A stretch of 64,000 nucleotides of DNA from contig CAJINV010000014.1 in the NCBI GenBank assembly GCA_905178155.1, forward strand, positions 1,505,984 to 1,569,983. Direction: 5' to 3'. The stretch comes from Amoebophrya sp. A120. Taxonomy: Eukaryota; Protista; Dinoflagellata. This document shows positions 24,140 to 36,900 of this stretch, piece by piece (the first letter of the stretch is position 1; each line of letters begins with the position of its first letter). The notes beneath the pieces are model-generated. The model saw only the letters and a list, made by a program, of their open reading frames with translations. It made no database searches and was not told where the DNA came from. The translations under genes and the position numbers were made by a program.

Positions 24140-27100
24140 ATGGGCAAGGATAAGAAGAAGAAGGACAAAAAAGAGAAAAAGGAAAAAAAGGAGAAAAAAG
24201 ACAAAAGTGATGACAAAAAGGCCGATGCCGGCGCGGATTCTGCCGAGCCTAAGGAAGCCAAAAAGGACGCCGAGGATGCGAAGTCGGAGGCCGCTAGCGA
24301 TGCCGGCAGCGCAGCCAGCAAGAAATCAACGAAAAAGGCCGCGCCGAAGAAAAAACTCACTGCGAAAAAGAAGAAGCAGACCCTTTTGCTTTTGAAGGCG
24401 CAGCAGAAACGGGTGCAGGAAGTGCAGGACTTGTTGGACCAGGTGACGAAAGACCTGGATGCCGCGGAGAAAGTATGGCGCTCTCAAACGTTAGGTTACA
24501 CTCTCAACTGTTACATGATTTGTCATGCAAAACGAGCATCAACATCCACACAATTAAGCTAGGATAGTCACAAGACGAGTGCCTAGGATTGTCACAAGGG
24601 CAGGAAGCGAAACAGGACGAAGGAGGTACTGGGGTACAGGGCGGTCGGGCGCACGAGGAGGGCAAAGCTGGGGAGGCCGGGGGCCAAGAAGCTCCTGACA
24701 GGCAGAGTGTGAGTCAGGCTGTAGACACCCAGAAAGATCCGAAAACTAATTGCGGGACCGCAGTCGTTGATCCATTGCGCAAGTTCCACATGGGAACCGA
24801 CTGCCTCGCGTTATGCCGCGAGCTTGGTAAGGATTTGGGGAAGTCAAAGAATAATGGCGCTAAGGCCCCAGCGTCGGCCGACCGGACCTGTAGAGGAAGT
24901 GAGGCTGCTGGCGCCCCCCAAGTAGGGCACGCGGCTTCCTCGTCCTCCTCGATAGCGCACAAAAGGTACGACCAGCTCACGAGAAGCGAGCGCAAAAGGT
25001 TTCAGGTGGGGAGCCCAAGAGGCACAGGGAGCAGCTCGAACGAGCTGGCAAGAGGGAGCGCTAGCGCAAGTGCGGACAGAGACCAAGAGCGAGAGGCGGA
25101 CGCAACAGTGCGCGGGGATGCCACTGCATTAGGGGAAGAGGGAGGACAGGCAGTCAGCGCCCGGCGCGCTGATCCCAGCAGTGGGCCGAGAAGTCACAGC
25201 CGGGACATCAAGCAGGGAGTTGCCGAAGCGGCCCCCCCTCTCGCAAAGGAGTTTGGCACGAGGCAGCTGCCAGCGCAACAGGAAGCGCAAAAGAACAAGG
25301 GGGCGGCGGCTTCTGTCGAGCAGACGCAGGGCCCTGCAGAACCGGCAAAGCAGGCGAAACCCTTTGGGGAGCCCTTCGGGGTAGGGGTGGGAAAGTTCCA
25401 GAGGCTCCTGGATGTCGTCCATCTGATGGAGCCAGCCCACAGCGCGGATCAACAAGAAACGAGGGGGGACAGGCTGGAGTGCGAACAGCTTTCACCCAGG
25501 AGTTGGGGTGAGATGTTGCGTAGGGTTACAGGCAGGAAGAAGGGGGATTTCGAGTAGAGTAAATACTCGGCGTCCAGCTGCGTCAGTGCCTGCGCTAGGC
25601 AAGAGCAACACTCTGAACCACTGAAATTCGACACATTCAAATTGCAACACTCAGACTTTCCTTTTCTCGATGAGCAGACTGCAAAACAAGAAAAAAAAAA
25701 CAAAAGCAGAAGTGTAACATTAGCGGGCGCTTTAGCTCCTGCTCTTCGCTGCCTAGGCAGTCGAGTTCGCCTCAGTCGCGAGACCGTATTTGTGTTCGGC
25801 GGACGATACAGCGCCTGCTGATCATGTCGCGTTCTGCAACAGAAGCAAAGCGGTGGCAACAAGAATGAACATCGAAGGGCACCGGGTCACTACGTATGAA
25901 GGGGATTGCCGGTCACCCTTAAGTGGTAAGCTCCGAGACGAATCCGGTTTACGATCCCAGTCCCCCCTCCCACCCTTTGCTTCTGTTGCAGAACAAGGCT
26001 GCACTATGACTGCCATGCACAAACTAAGCCTTTAAGTTGTCGCTGTGCCCCAGGAGGGTTGCCGGTCAGCAGCGACAAACAACTGGTCGATGGTTTGACA
26101 ACTGTGGTCCGTGCAATTGCCCTGCTCGCCCGTGCCGCAGGTAAGGCACAAACGGTCCAGCCTCCCCTGTCTGGGCGGGGTTGCGGCTTAGGGGAGAGTC
26201 TCGCCCCTTAACCCAAAGGGGTACGTCGTCTCTTCCGTGAGAACAAAAACGTAAGGCGTAAAATGGGTCGGGTCCTGGATCGTTCTGTATGTTGGGCTGT
26301 CGCGCCCGGCTTGCTGGCCGGGCTGTGCCGATCAGGTGTGGTGGGTTGCTCCCGACTGGTTGGTACTTTTCTTGGGGCGACTTGCCGTGGTAGCGCTCGG
26401 CTTTTGTATGATGAGGTCGCCGAAAGTGCTCCCTCGCCCACCCCCCGGGGAGGGGATCCTTGACCTGTGGCGCCGGGAGCGGGTGTCCACTACATGACGA
26501 TGATGATGAAGCTACTTCGCATGACAAATTTTGGAAAGGCTAAACAGCCCCTAAATCTGTGCGGAATTTGTAATGCTACAAATGCAACCTCCCTTCTTTG
26601 ACTTTTGCCATTCTTGGATTACAAATTCATGTGACAGTTGAGAGTGTAACGTTTGAGAACGCCATAGAAAGCCGCAGATAAGGCGTTCCAAGTCGCCTCG
26701 GGTGGGAACACGGATGATTTGCGGGCGGACGTCCAGAAGGCGACCAAAGAAGCGGACTGGAAGCTGTCGCAGACGAGAAGGTCGAAGCGGGCGGTGGAAG
26801 CGCAGCTGAAGAAGGAAAAGGAGGAGCTCCAGAAACTGGCGGACAAAATTCGTGGGGGGAAAACGACCGCGGACAAACCCGAGCCGGAGAAAACGCAGTA
26901 CGACAAGGCGCTTGGGGATCTGGGGGACGATCGGCCGGTGTGGTCGGTGCCGCGGAACGCGAGCAAAAAGATGGGCGGACTGAACACGCCGGTCGTGGCG
27001 TTGGACCCGCGGGGGTTCCGCATCGTGCACAACGAAGTAGACCACAAGCACGGTACGGACGACGACTTCACCGAGTTCCCGAAACGACAAGCGCTGTTCA

Positions 27101-30100
27101 ACATGTCGGGACTGCAGGAGATGCGGTTTCAGGTCCGGCAGATGCGGTTGGCGAAACGGCTGGCAGCCGGGGACCCCGACGTGTTCCCCCGCGAATTTAC
27201 GTTCAAACTTACCATCGTTCGGGTGGAGAACATGACGGACAACGAACACTCGGTTTTCATCGCCGGTACCACCGCCCACAACTTGGCTCGCGCGGACCCC
27301 ACCGCCGCGCACTTCTATGAGGACAAGTACAACTACAGCGACCCGATCCCGCTGTTGAAGTTCCAAAAAGTGAAGCTCGCGAAGGAAAACGAGTTCTATT
27401 CGAAGCGCGTGGAGGGGAGCTACATCTTCCTGAAAGACATCGAACTGCGGCTAGACGCCTGGAGTCCCAGCTTGTACAAGATGAACGACTTCCTCGGGAC
27501 GGCGACGCGGAAGCTGTACGACCTGGCAAACGGAGAACTCTCCACCTACATGACCGTGACGCAGCCGATCTTGAACGACATGGAGGACCCGGATTCGATG
27601 CCCGCGGCGAACAAGGAGATTGACCGACCGGCGGAGGTGATGCGGGTGGGGCTTTGTTGCATCATGCAGGAGATGTACTACTTCGAAATCAGCTTCGCGG
27701 GGTTGCACTTTCTACCCAGAATCGTGAAACAGTTCGCGGACCCGAGCGAGCTGAGGCTCCGGATTTCCGCCCCCTGCGACATGTACGGCAATGTCGAGTA
27801 CTTCACGTCGGACTTTGGCAACGCGGATTACACGTTCGAGGACGGGGGTACCTTTCTGTACGAGGGAACCCGAACCTCGTTTCAATCGGAGTACGTGGAA
27901 ATTAGCATCATTTCCGGGATGCGGACCAAGGGCGCGGGCATCATCCCCCTCGCCGGGACGGACCTGAACTCTTCTGTTCGCGCCGTGGTGAAGGCGGTAG
28001 ATTTTCGCGAGAAGTCCTACTTTCTCGGGGTCTTGACCGGTTTTGTCGCCGTGAAAACGCGGTCGAAGCTCCTGCCCCCGGGGATCGAGGAGGACCTGAC
28101 CGACCCGACCATCCCGCGGCCCATGCAACCGCTGCAGCGCAGTTTGATCTTGACCCTGGACCCGAAGATGCAGTACCTGCTCGTGGAGGTGTACTCCGCG
28201 GACGGGTTGCCGGTCGCGGATCCGGACTCGCGCATCTCCAACCCCATCGTGCGGTGCAGCTACGTATCAAATGCAAATATGTCTGGGCGGTCCTCTGGAA
28301 ACCTGTGATGCTGATTTGCTGCTGGTTGCAACGCTTGCCATGGCAGCCACGCATGACAATTTTTTGAAACGCCTTCCGATGTCTAGCACGCATTACAAAT
28401 TACGCTTTCGCAACATAACAAAGGAAGCGGCTCTTCTGCTGCTCACGCAACACAGATTTTCTAGGAATGCAAGACACGCATTACAAGTTCCACGTTTCCA
28501 GACCCAGACGTATTTGCAGTTGATACTCCGACGGGATCGTGCTGGAAACCTCGGTTGCGAAAGACACAACCCGACCGGTGTACAACCAGTACCTGCACTT
28601 TCCGGTCCGCTACGCAAATCCCGCGGTGCGCACGGATCCGAAGCTCCAAGACAAGATCCTCCCGGTGGACATCATCAAGCGGGGAAATTTAGAAATCGAA
28701 GTCTGGCACCACAACGGCGTGACCACGTCGGAGCTCCTCGGGCGGGTCGAGATCGACCCGCATTTGATCATGCAGTACGGCGTTGTGAAGCCCCGCGCGG
28801 TCGCGGACCCGTCGGCGCAGGCCCGGCAGTCTTCCGGCGGGGTGGGCATGGACGGCGAGGAGCCGGAGGAAAGTATGGAGGAGTCTGTGGATTCGGACTA
28901 TTCCCTGAAAATTAACATCCCCATCCAATTTGTCATGCAAAACATGTAGTAAAAGCTCCGTTTGTGATGCAAAAAGTGGATGGGGATGGTTAATTTTCAG
29001 GGAATACGATCGCCGACAGCGACGCCCAGGCGGATTCCGCGGATGCCAAGCGGCAGAAGGACTTGCGGACGCAGCAGGCGGTATGGCGTTCTCAACTGTT
29101 ACATTCTCGACTGTTACGATGAATTTGCGATGCAAGAATGGCAAAAGTGATAGGGGGACTCTTGCGCGTCTTGCATGACAGATTTGGCACCGATTGTCAG
29201 CCTGTTTGGCCCTCTGAGAATTTGTCATGCGAAGCAGCTTGATGGTGTCGATTCTGAAGGCAATTTTGCATGACAAATCGCGTAACAGTTGAGAGTGTAA
29301 CGCTTGAGAACGCCATAGGCGGGGATCTTGACGTTTGGGATTCACCCCGACCTGATCAAACAGCAGAAGGTGCGGGTGTACTAGGAAAGCCTCAGAATGG
29401 AAATTCTCAAAGTGGAAATGATTTGTGATGCATGAAATGCGACACCAAAAAGGCTGTATTGCAGAGAACGCAATGGAGGCCGACTATTGTGCTTCTACGG
29501 CTTCAGAATTGAGCTGCTGATTAGCACGAGAGAAGGGCACCCCTTTGCCTAACTAGCATGACAGACACGTTTTGAGTGCCCGGGAAATTTGTCATGCGCC
29601 GACTAGAAATGGTGCTTCGACTGGAGTTGTTTTTTTGCATTACAAATCATTTACATTTCCACTTTGAGGATTTCCAACCTGAGGCTTTCATATCTACCAG
29701 GCGCGGAAGGAAACCCTCACTGGCGGGTGGATCTACACGAGCGCGCGGAGTTCCATCATATCCACAGAAAAAAACCCATTTACATCCATTTTTTGCATGA
29801 CAAATAGTGGATTTGGTACGTGTTTTGCATGACAAGAAATTGGATGTGGATGGGCATGGGTTTTTCTCTGTGGATGCATCACCTTCGACGCCTACTTCAT
29901 TCCCGACTTCTATGGAAGCGTCAGGTTTGAAATCGCCAAAGTTGAAATAATTAATTTGTGATGCATAAAATGCATAGCGCGAAATACGTGTGTTGCAGAG
30001 CAGGCAAGGGTGGCCGATTGTAAGCCTGTTTGGGGTTAGAGCTCGAGCTGTTGCAGTAGCATTAGAAAAACAGCCATCTTTGCCTAAACAGCATGACAAA

Positions 30101-32632
30101 CAACTCGATTTAGGCATCGCCAAAATTTGTCATGCGCCACTTGGAAACTGGGTTCCAACTGGCATCCATTTTATGCATCGCAAACTATTTCAACTTTGAC
30201 GATTTCAATCCTGATAGGTCCATAACTTCGCCCCGGATTTTGTCGTTCCGAGCCAGCCCGCGGAACCGTCTTCCGCGCCGGCGGCGGTGGACGCGCGCCT
30301 GAAGATGGTCGACGATTGGAACGAATTTTTCGACACCTTCAACCTGGCCTACACCTACTGGTTTATCGACGCCATTCCGCCACGCAAGCGAAGGTTTATC
30401 TGCACCACCGAGGCCATCAGCAGCGGGAACCTGGTCGGGGCGGCGGGCGGGGAGGCGCAAGCCGCCTTGAACCAAGCCCGGCAGGACGTCATGCTGCTGC
30501 CCAGTCTGATCCGCCACACCGTCCTGCCGGACGGCTTTCGGTACCAGGCGTATGTGCTGCACTGGCTCGCCTGCATTCCGTTCACCGTGTCGCAAAAACA
30601 ACACCAGACCCACTTCCTGGACCGGTGGCTCCCCGTGCAGCAGGTTTTACATGGAAAAAAGGGCTCCGTGCAGGACCACTGCGCTTTATTGTGCTCGATC
30701 TTGACCAGCCTGGGCGCCGACGCCTACGTCTGCAAGGGCACCGTGATATGGAATTAGTACAACAAGCTTGATGTTCATCCGACGTCTGTACACGGCGTAC
30801 AGATTCTTGCGTCACATCAAATTTCATCGACGAGTAGAGAACGCAGCTACTTTTCATGCGAAATAGGATGCAAGGAGAATCTTGTCATGCAGAAACCGCA
30901 CATGTACTTCTTATGTCTACGCGCCATCAAATGTACTGTGCATAAGCTCGGAACCCAGAGTTCGACCGGGGCGTGCCCAAGTACGCCGAGGAGCGGCTAC
31001 GGCTGGCGAGGCAAATTGTGTACCGAGAGCACTGCTGGGTCATGACGCGGGAGAAGTCGGGCACCGTGGTGTTCTGGGAAACCACGCAGGCCATCACCTT
31101 CCAATTGAAGAGGCGGTGGACGGGGAAGGCGATGGAGTCGGAGCACCAGTACCGCAAGCTCGTCGCCAATCAACAGGCGAAGAATGCGAAGTGGAAGAAC
31201 AAGGAGGACGACGAGAGAAAGGCGGACTCCTACGTTTTTTGGGACCTGTTGGCGCGCCGGAGGGACGCGCTCACTCGGCTGAAGGACCTGAAAAAGCTGC
31301 CGATCGTTCCCATGGCCGAGATGGGGAGCCAGAGCAACATGGTCGCCTTGCCCTATTACAGTATCGAAATCGTGTTTAACAAGGACAATGTGTGGGGCAA
31401 CCTGCGCAACCACGACCCGGCGTGGATTCGCTACGACCTCGACGATGACCACCAGTGGAAACCGCTCATGGAGATCGACGGTACGGAAAAGTGGTTGTTG
31501 CAGCGGAACGACTCCAAGTCGCTGGTGATTGGGCCTTCCTTCCGGGTCGTCGATAGCGAGCAGCAAATTTTGAAAATCCAGGCCGACGTGGAAGAGGCCA
31601 TCCGGTTCGCCCGGCTGCGCATCGGGCTGCAGACGAAAGTGTTCCGGAGCGCGATCCTCGGGGAGGTGCTATCCGAATTCCTGGACAACATGGAAAAACA
31701 GTGCCTGCTCGACTATCCACGAGTAAACGATTTCCCGCACAGGTATGTAAAGAAACAGACTTTATGCAAGTGTGGTCTCTGCAGCATCACAAAAAGAAAA
31801 TTGGCCTGCTGACCCTAGTCAGCATGACGAGTGCAGCTACACTGGTGTTGTTCTAAGTTCTGGCAAATAAATTTGTGATGAATTTTGTTCTCGAAACTGC
31901 GAGAAATCGAAATTTGAACTGCATATCAACCCATCGCACTGCACGAACATTGACGGCGCGGCCAAGTGTTTGCGAAAAGGCTCCTACGCCTGGGATGGGT
32001 CTCTGCTGACGACCAATATTGCCGCGGAGAAGTATCGCAAAAAAGCGAAAAAGCAGTGGCAGAAGTGGTGGGACAAGTACCGAGACATGGATATTCGGGT
32101 GGCGGGCGTGCCCATCCCGTATGCAATGTAAATTTCCCGTACATGATGTACAAAATGCATGACAAATTTCGCTAACTTGCAGTGCCCAACTTGTCATGCT
32201 AGACTAGGACTGAAGGCAAGTTTTGTCATGCAGAGACTGCATTTGTACGTGTGCGGGAAATTTACTGTGGATATCCCGGAGTCCACCACCTTCGAGGGTG
32301 TGCCGTTCCACCTGAGCACCATGGAGCTGCGTGAGATTCGGGCGTACATCTCCAGCAGCAAGGACGCGCGGCGCCTGTTCATGGTCGAGGAAGAGACTTC
32401 GGAGTACGTCGTGCAGGTGAACATCTACCCCTTGCAGCACGAAATCGGGTCGGTGTGGATTTTTCTCGGGCGCATGACCCGCATGACGGACGCCGAGGTG
32501 GCCGTCGCGGCGGCGGCCCAAGAGCGAACGATCGACGGCGCAAAGCGCGAGAAAAAGGAACGCGACGAACTAAAGTCAGCGGTCATGCGGGACCTCCTCG
32601 GCGGCCCGGAAAAGAAACAGGTGTTCGGGTAA
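24140..32632 (+). CDS. C2-domain, CEP76/CC2D2A-like protein with transglutaminase-like C-terminal region, ~1445 aa spliced
   Basis: C2 motif VEVYSADGLPVAD..SNPIVRC..LETSVAKDTTRPVYNQ. GSVQDHCALLCSIL..LGADAYVCKGT..HCWVMTR..VVFWE..PYYSIEIVFN..WGN matches CEP76/CC2D2A. Removing 10 introners leaves a continuous 4338-nt frame. Confidence 0.8.
24474..26666. mobile_element. Long (2.2 kb) introner, family E (TIR TATGGCGxTCTCAA..), with internal cargo
   Basis: TIRs plus GAAAG TSD; removal gives AEKAADKAF. Confidence 0.88.
28265..28525. mobile_element. Introner, family B
   Basis: TSD CTACG/CTCCG; restores the C2 domain (RCSYDGIVLETS). Confidence 0.88.
28899..29006. mobile_element. Introner, A-related (TIR TATTCCCTGAAAATTAA)
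   Basis: Near-perfect TIR, degenerate TSD CGGAC/CGATC; frame DSD|ADSDA. Confidence 0.85.
29082..29317. mobile_element. Introner, family E
   Basis: GGCGG TSD; frame QAGILTF. Confidence 0.88.
29382..29692. mobile_element. Introner, family G (TAGGAAAGCCTCAG.. / ..CTGAGGCTTTCATA)
   Basis: TSD TGTAC/TCTAC; frame VRVY|QARK. Confidence 0.85.
29759..29876. mobile_element. Introner, family A
   Basis: CATCA TSD; frame SSITFDAYF. Confidence 0.87.
29911..30224. mobile_element. Introner, family H (TATGG..TCAGG..GAAATCG)
   Basis: ACTTC TSD; frame PDF|APDF. Confidence 0.87.
30747..30944. mobile_element. Degenerate introner
   Basis: Weak TIR (TATG..AGTACA..TTGATG). TSD not recognisable (CGTGA/AGCTC), yet removing the element plus 5 nt restores the frame. 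Confidence 0.65.
31714..31925. mobile_element. Introner, family C
   Basis: TSD TCGAC/TCAAC; frame CLLD|PSHC. Confidence 0.82.
32120..32273. mobile_element. Introner, family C, opposite orientation to the 20680 copy
   Basis: TCCCG TSD; frame VPIP|ESTTFEG. Confidence 0.88.
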
Positions 32633-33980
32633 TAATCATCCTCATTTTTTAGTATTGAAACAACTTGCAGCCGCAGCGGCCGCTCTTGCGCAGCTTGTTC
32701 TGGCACAAGGGGACGACCGCCGTTTCTTGCAGGAGGAGCTCCTCCTATGTTCTTCGCAGGAACACGAACAGAAGCTCTCCTGTGCAGAGCAGATCCAGAT
32801 TGTTCGGTCATTCGGCTCTCCTGTGCAGCAGGTCTGATAAAGTCCTCTGCTCTCATTGATTCATCAGAACTCGGTTCTCGTAAAGCGATGAGATCATCTT
32901 GCACAGTTGATGTAAAAAGTATATCTACAATCTCGGTTTTTTTTTTGTTCTGGAGAAACATCATGGAACTTTCAACGCTATCTTTCAACATCGCCAAAGA
33001 ATTTGAACTACGGTGGTGCATCTTCACCCTGTCGATTCATCACTTTTGTTGTGCGCCAAGGCCAACCTTTGCCTTTGGACGCGATATTAAACAGTAGGCT
33101 GATCATGCTGATTTTCTTTCAGTAGTAATCTTCAGAAGATCAAAACATCGCGAATGCTCGATGCTCAGGTCCAGAACAGTTCTTCCCGTAGTTTATTTTG
33201 CCCCCCCAGTAGACTTGAATATCCAATGTATCGTCGTAGTATCTACCCATATGAATTACCTCAAGTCGTTGCCTTTTCGTAGCATTGTGGTCTTTTCGTT
33301 TTGCTAATTTGGCTATAAAAAACGAAAATCTATCGTGCGGTCGCTCGTCTTCGTAGTTCCCCATGCCTGCCCTTCATCTAGAACTACTAAATTTTCCTCT
33401 TGGCCTCCGCCGCTGGCTCTTGTATTAATTGAGTAAGAACTGTATCTCTTTCTCTTCATATATCGTGTTGTTCGTCTTTTTTCGCCGCTCCATAGATACC
33501 CATCTGCCTCTACCCCGTAGCTACATGGTATAAAGTAGTTTTTTTCTGTCGCGTCCGTCGTTTATTTCATAATCGCACGAAAAATCAAAATGACGAGTCT
33601 TGTTGGCTACCATCAATTTTTTAGCACTAAATACCTTCTCGCGCTTTCTGCAGTTGAGGCGTTTTTTTCCCCCAGCTAACATGATTCACCATGCTTCATT
33701 CGGGATAGAAAATTCAAATTATACAACCTGAAGCTTGATTGTTGTGGATGCCCCGTCCTCCGCAACAGGACCGAGAGTAAAAAAGAATGTTACCTCCACT
33801 GCGGTGCCGGGGCCTGTTGACCGCAAGCAGGAGTTGGCAACAACAATAAGAATAACTGATACCACCCGAACAAAGGAAGTAGAGCAGGTAGACCACGAAA
33901 TGGCGAGCATCATGATCCAAGGCAGCTGCACCGAGTACGAGTAGGAGCAGACAATCACAATTTGTCCTGAACTAATAAAC

Positions 33981-36900
33981 ATGATGATGCCTGGAGGACA
34001 ACTTTCCAGGCCGCTGCTTGTCGACCATGGCGGTGTAGAGGACGATGTTAAAAACAAGATGGCTCCTTCACACTCTCGTCCGCAGTCGGGCCACCTGCAG
34101 GAGCACAGCACTTCTTCCGCCCGGAGGAACCACCAAGCGGAGGATGTTGAGCCAGACGACCTCCACCTAAAGCCATTTGTGAGCAGTTTTTCGTCTGCCA
34201 ACGAGTTCAGCGCCCTCTTCTCACAAGCCTCGCTCACCCTGCCGAAACAGGCGATTTTGGAGAATTTTGTGCACCACAACCCGTGGGACATGCTGCAGGA
34301 ATCCGTGGACTTCTACGACTTCATGGCCCACCACCGACATTTCCCGAAGGTCAAGATTCCGCTGCGAGTGCAGGCCGCGACGGTCGAGCTCGCTTCGGTT
34401 TTTTTAGATCGTGGAGCGAGCAAGTGGAGTTTCGAGGCGTCGAGTAGAAACGCAAAAACTCCAAATGCAGATGTACATGAAGAACAAGTTCTTGCAGCGA
34501 TGCACAGAGCGGGTGCAAGGCGGGATCATGAGTCAGGAGCCCCTGCTGGTAGTTCTCCTTTCCAGAAGATGAGAGGACATCGAGAAGAGCTCGACTTCCT
34601 GCAATTCTTCGCCATCTTAGAGGCCGAGGATGTCGATGGCAGTACAGAGATAGTAGAAGTAGGTCATCATGCTCACCTTCCACCGGGTAAAAGCTCTAAG
34701 ATTACGAGGGCCACCAGCAGGACGAGTCAACATGAGGAAACGCGGCCAGTTCGTACCCCTGGCCGGCTCTCATCGGTTTCCTCTTTCGGTGCTACACTGT
34801 TGAGGCGGGTTGCGAAGCTAACACAATCGTTCACAAAACCCAGCACGAACTGGAGAAGCTTTGCGGCGCAGAGGGCCAAGGAGGTTCTTTTGGAATTGCA
34901 AGAAGCGGGAAGAACAGAAGCCGCGGTACAAGTAGAAGTAAACGAATCTGCGACAGCGCCGGCGTCAACAATAGCCTCGTTATCAATAGCCCAGCGAATC
35001 CTGGAGGAAGATTTCCACTTTTGCTACAACCTCCCTGTCACCGAAGAAAATCTGCGCGCCTTTCTTTGGGCTTTACCCGGCTACGCGGGCATGTTCCAAC
35101 GGATGGAACGGCACGAAGAAGAGCAGTCTCACTCTCGACGTGGTCTACTTCGTGAAGATGGAGGTCCTCCTCGTCGTGGCTTGACATCATCACCAGAAGC
35201 ACAAGCAGCTCCCAGACTGCTTCATTTCGCCGCCGTTTTGTCCACTTTTTTGCGCTCGAGTTTGGAGCATGACAAGACGCAAATCGAGATCGAGTATACG
35301 GGTCCGGAAGATGAAGCGGAGTCCGACATGCAAAACCCGTCGGCGGTGGCTTTTTTACAACAAAACATGGCGCGGCGGGAGGCTTTGGAAACGGAGTACG
35401 AAAAGGTCACTTTGCGGTGTATCTTTGGGACGACGAATAGTTACTCAGAAAATGTTGACGGTGAGGACAGCAAGGAGAAGGAAAAACATGGTGCCGCGCA
35501 AAATAGGGCTCGTCTCGTCGCTGGCGGTAAGACAACTCGTCCTGCGAGGACACTGTTCACGCAAGACAATCTGCACGATGTACGGACGCAATTAATTCTA
35601 AAGCAGGACGAGGAGCTGGCTGGGAAACAGCTGCATACTAGCGATCTTCATGATCCTCTTTTCTGCGAGGAGGTCGTAGGGCCAAAACAAGCTGCGGCCT
35701 CCGGTCCTCGTTCTTACAGGATGGAGACTGAGGATTCATTTTCTGCAAGAAAACTTCTCGCAAACAGGGTGAGAAAGATCCAGCTCTTCACCTGTATCGA
35801 CGAGCGGGAGTGTTCCTTTCGCAGACACGCCGAGCGGGTGGGGCAGGAGTTATTCTCTTCTATTACACATCAACATGATCATGATGAAGAAGAAGAATAC
35901 CAACAAGGGCGCAATCGTGCAGCTAGACTACAAGAACCAAGATCAAGATCTCCAGACGGCGTGGTGGTGGAAACCTTCGGCGTGCCAGGCTTTTTCGATT
36001 TCCCCATCCGATACCGACCTTGTTGGGCAACTGGAGGCGGAGAACACGGAAGCGATGCAACAAGTTCTTGCGGAGGTGTGATCACCCTTGCGCCGGAGGG
36101 TAATTTACCAAAATGCGTTTTGGTCGAGGAAGAAGTTCTTGAGGGAGCAGAAGGAAGAAGTTCTTCACTCATTTCATCTACTTCGGATAGTACAAGTTCA
36201 AACTCCGGTCCTGGTCCTTCGACAAGTTCAACAAACATCTCGACGCTCGCCTCCTTGCCGGCTCCTTTGATGCTTCTACGTGCTGCCGACCAGGTCTTGT
36301 CATCCTTGTTTCCCCGCCTAAGCGCAACTCCTTATCGCGCGGAGCTCTTTGCGAAGTTTGACTTCTACGTCCACGAGGTTGCCTATGGGTGTGTCAGGAT
36401 CGAAATCGACAAAATCGAAAAATTTGTGATGCATAAAATGTAGGGCACTGGAGGCCTGTATTGGGGAGCAGGCAAATGAGACCGGTTGTAAGCCTGCTTA
36501 GGGGTATGCAATGCGATGCCAGAGTAGCACGACGGGAGCGATATTCTTTGCCCAAACAGCATGACAGACTGGATTTGGGTGGTCCCGAAATTTGTCATGC
36601 GCCGCTTGCAAACTGAGGCTCCAACTGGTATCGATTTTATGCATCACAAGTTTTTCGATTTTGTCAATTTCGATTCTGACACTTCCATATTGCCGGGTTT
36701 TGTCCGGTCCGGAGCTTGCTCGTGTCCGCGGTTTTGTTCCCGTTTTTCTTCTTCAACTTGTGCCTGGTGTGCTGCTTCCCGGATTGGCGGAAAAAGGTCG
36801 TGTCGGACTGGTTTTTTCACAAACTATGACAATGCACAACTCCCCCTTCCCCTCATTTGTCATGCAAAATACCAAATCCACCCCTTGCCTCTTGGCACTG

